Below are positions 34,776-34,859 of a stretch of DNA of 34,859 nucleotides, one piece after another. Where the stretch lies: contig JAUYDB010000186.1 of the NCBI GenBank assembly GCA_030691985.1, positions 1 to 34,859 on the forward strand. The letters are read 5' to 3'. Under the pieces are notes generated by a model. That model made no database searches. It worked only from the letters and a program-made list of their open reading frames with translations, and was not told where the DNA came from. The translations under genes were made by a program, and so were the position numbers. The stretch is from Candidatus Omnitrophota bacterium (GTDB lineage Bacteria > Omnitrophota > Gorgyraeia > 2-01-FULL-45-10). Within the stretch, counting starts at the first letter, position 1. Each line of letters starts with the position of its first letter.

Positions 34776-34859
34776 TGTCCAAATTAAACCACAAGGCCCG
34801 ACGGAACTTGTATTTTGAGATTCGATCTTTGCCTACCCCTCACCCTTGCCCTCTCCCCT
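34776..34859 (-). mobile_element. Second copy of the MITE-like element, in inverted orientation and truncated by the window end
   Basis: It begins with the same terminus TGTCCAAATT (34776-34785). Its reverse complement matches 4634-4717 at 80 of 84 positions. Confidence 0.65.

Noticed and set aside
1-34859. CRISPR arrays, cas genes, integrases or transposases, T6SS/Tc/CdiB partners for the RHS protein, and small immunity-like ORFs after the putative toxin genes
   Set aside because: I looked for these on both strands and at ORF junctions. There are no regularly spaced repeats, no recombinase or DDE motifs, no secretion-system genes, and no short ORFs following the 1464-aa or 1375-aa genes. 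The absence is informative and is noted under the findings.

Overview
This is a 34.9-kb window from a diderm bacterium, judged from the TolC/MacAB genes; taxon, GC content and database matches were not computed. All credible genes are on the + strand.

Layout:
- tRNA-Arg(UCG), 79-155.
- A TolC-like/MacA/MacB efflux operon, 280-4517.
- A 172-bp MITE-like palindromic element, 4546-4717.
- A translationally coupled alpha/beta-hydrolase and MFS_3-type transporter, 4763-6963.
- A 25.3-kb block, 6964-32279.
- dnaX (32391-34139) and recR (34136-34741).
- A second, inverted copy of the MITE-like element, cut by the window end (34776-34859).

The 25.3-kb block is the main result. It is bounded by a 28-bp perfect (36-bp near-perfect) direct repeat that duplicates the last 11 codons plus stop of the MFS gene. 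That pattern fits an inserted island, although no integrase or transposase is visible.

The block is a single tightly packed run of 12 ORFs:
- a 539-aa cytoplasmic orphan;
- a secreted YD/RHS protein whose RHS core motif sits mid-protein, followed by about 960 more residues;
- 1375-aa and 1652-aa secreted orphan giants, the first with degenerate Hint-like modules;
- a protein with a degenerate (VLLC) thioredoxin fold;
- a 446-aa secreted orphan;
- a 910-aa polytopic membrane protein;
- an expanded 595-aa MoxR-type AAA+ ATPase;
- a DUF58/vWA-like partner;
- a 416-aa orphan;
- an unlisted 44-aa single-TM peptide;
- a small secreted HEAT-repeat protein.

I could not map this gene set onto any described system (Bat operon, Tc toxin, T6SS-Rhs, CDI). 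I flag it as a candidate novel envelope-associated module coupling giant exoproteins or polymorphic toxins to a MoxR/vWA chaperone. All functional calls come from motifs read by eye in the supplied translations. No searches were run.
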